Virus record (IMG/VR): IMGVR_UViG_3300025131_000005
Source: a virus
DNA: 64,000 bases
Direction: 5' to 3' (one strand)
Shown here: positions 63,808 to 64,000 of the stretch, piece after piece
Layout of the letters: every line of letters starts with the position of its first letter
How positions within the stretch are numbered: position 1 is the stretch's first letter
Notes under the pieces: generated by a model
What the model saw: the letters and a program-made list of their open reading frames with translations, nothing else
What the model was told of the DNA's origin: nothing
The model's database searches: none
Program-made: the position numbers and the translations under genes

Positions 63808-63987
63808 ATGGCTGTTTACGATTGCTTTCCTTTTTTCAACGAAAATGATTTATTAGAACTAAGGTTAAATCAACATTGGAATTACGTAGACAAATTTATT
63901 ATCACTGAAGCCGGTGGGACAAACACTGGGAAAGTTGGGAAAGAATTGAACTTAAAGATGATAAATTGTGGCTCGATGGAAAACTGA
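63808..63987 (+). CDS. Second GT17-like gene, 5' fragment broken by a duplicated segment
   Basis: MAVYDCFPFFNENDLLELRLNQHWNYVDKFIITEAG, after which the sequence switches to a copy of 62659-62745. Confidence 0.7.
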   Translation: MAVYDCFPFFNENDLLELRLNQHWNYVDKFIITEAGGTNTGKVGKELNLKMINCGSMEN

Positions 63988-64000
63988 TAAAGATGTTACA
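63914..64000. repeat. Exact 87-nt duplicate of 62659-62745
   Basis: Direct comparison shows identity. Confidence 0.95.

Noticed and set aside
62659-64000. Duplicated segment as a DGR template/variable repeat pair
   Set aside because: The copies are identical (no adenine-specific changes), no reverse transcriptase is seen, and the copy sits at the window end.
1-64000. Alternative genetic code (stop-codon recoding)
   Set aside because: Recognisable genes are full length, all three stop codons end genes cleanly, and no suppressor tRNA is seen.
1-64000. Cellular chromosome origin (groEL, purA, phoH, LPS genes)
   Set aside because: No groES or ribosomal operons, orphan auxiliary genes, dense arrays of tiny ORFs and phage-style leaders.

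Overview
This window looks like part of a very large dsDNA (jumbo-type) bacteriophage genome in the standard genetic code, not a cellular chromosome: genes are dense, many are short, and there are no ribosomal or core cellular operons. Layout: (i) 1-9 kb auxiliary genes (GroEL, glutaredoxin, Hsp20, PurA, cytidylyltransferase, tRNA-Arg, an unusual UAU tRNA-like RNA); (ii) 9-25.5 kb early-type region with about 30 'MKVGDLV' KOW/SH3-like mini-genes (mostly in two translationally coupled arrays), a GIY-YIG nuclease, a MoxR AAA+/VWA pair, tRNA-Leu and an RpoH-like sigma factor, punctuated by a recurring CTTKACT-N16-TAYAGT promoter; (iii) a GC-rich structured boundary at about 25.6 kb; (iv) 25.7-52 kb AT-rich region with proteins sharing N-terminal leaders (MKLLxExWR, MKITKxQL), a tubulin/FtsZ-like GTPase, secreted or lipoprotein enzymes, a CglF-like protein, a MopE-repeat/VWA protein and large nucleotidyltransferase-like proteins; (v) 53-64 kb PhoH, a Cas4/RecB-like nuclease and a glycosyltransferase/heptose-type sugar cluster. 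The CglF-like and Cys-rich repeat proteins point to a Myxococcota/Bdellovibrionota-type host (inference). The last 87 nt duplicate 62659-62745 and are probably an assembly chimera. All family assignments come from motif recognition by eye; no searches were run.
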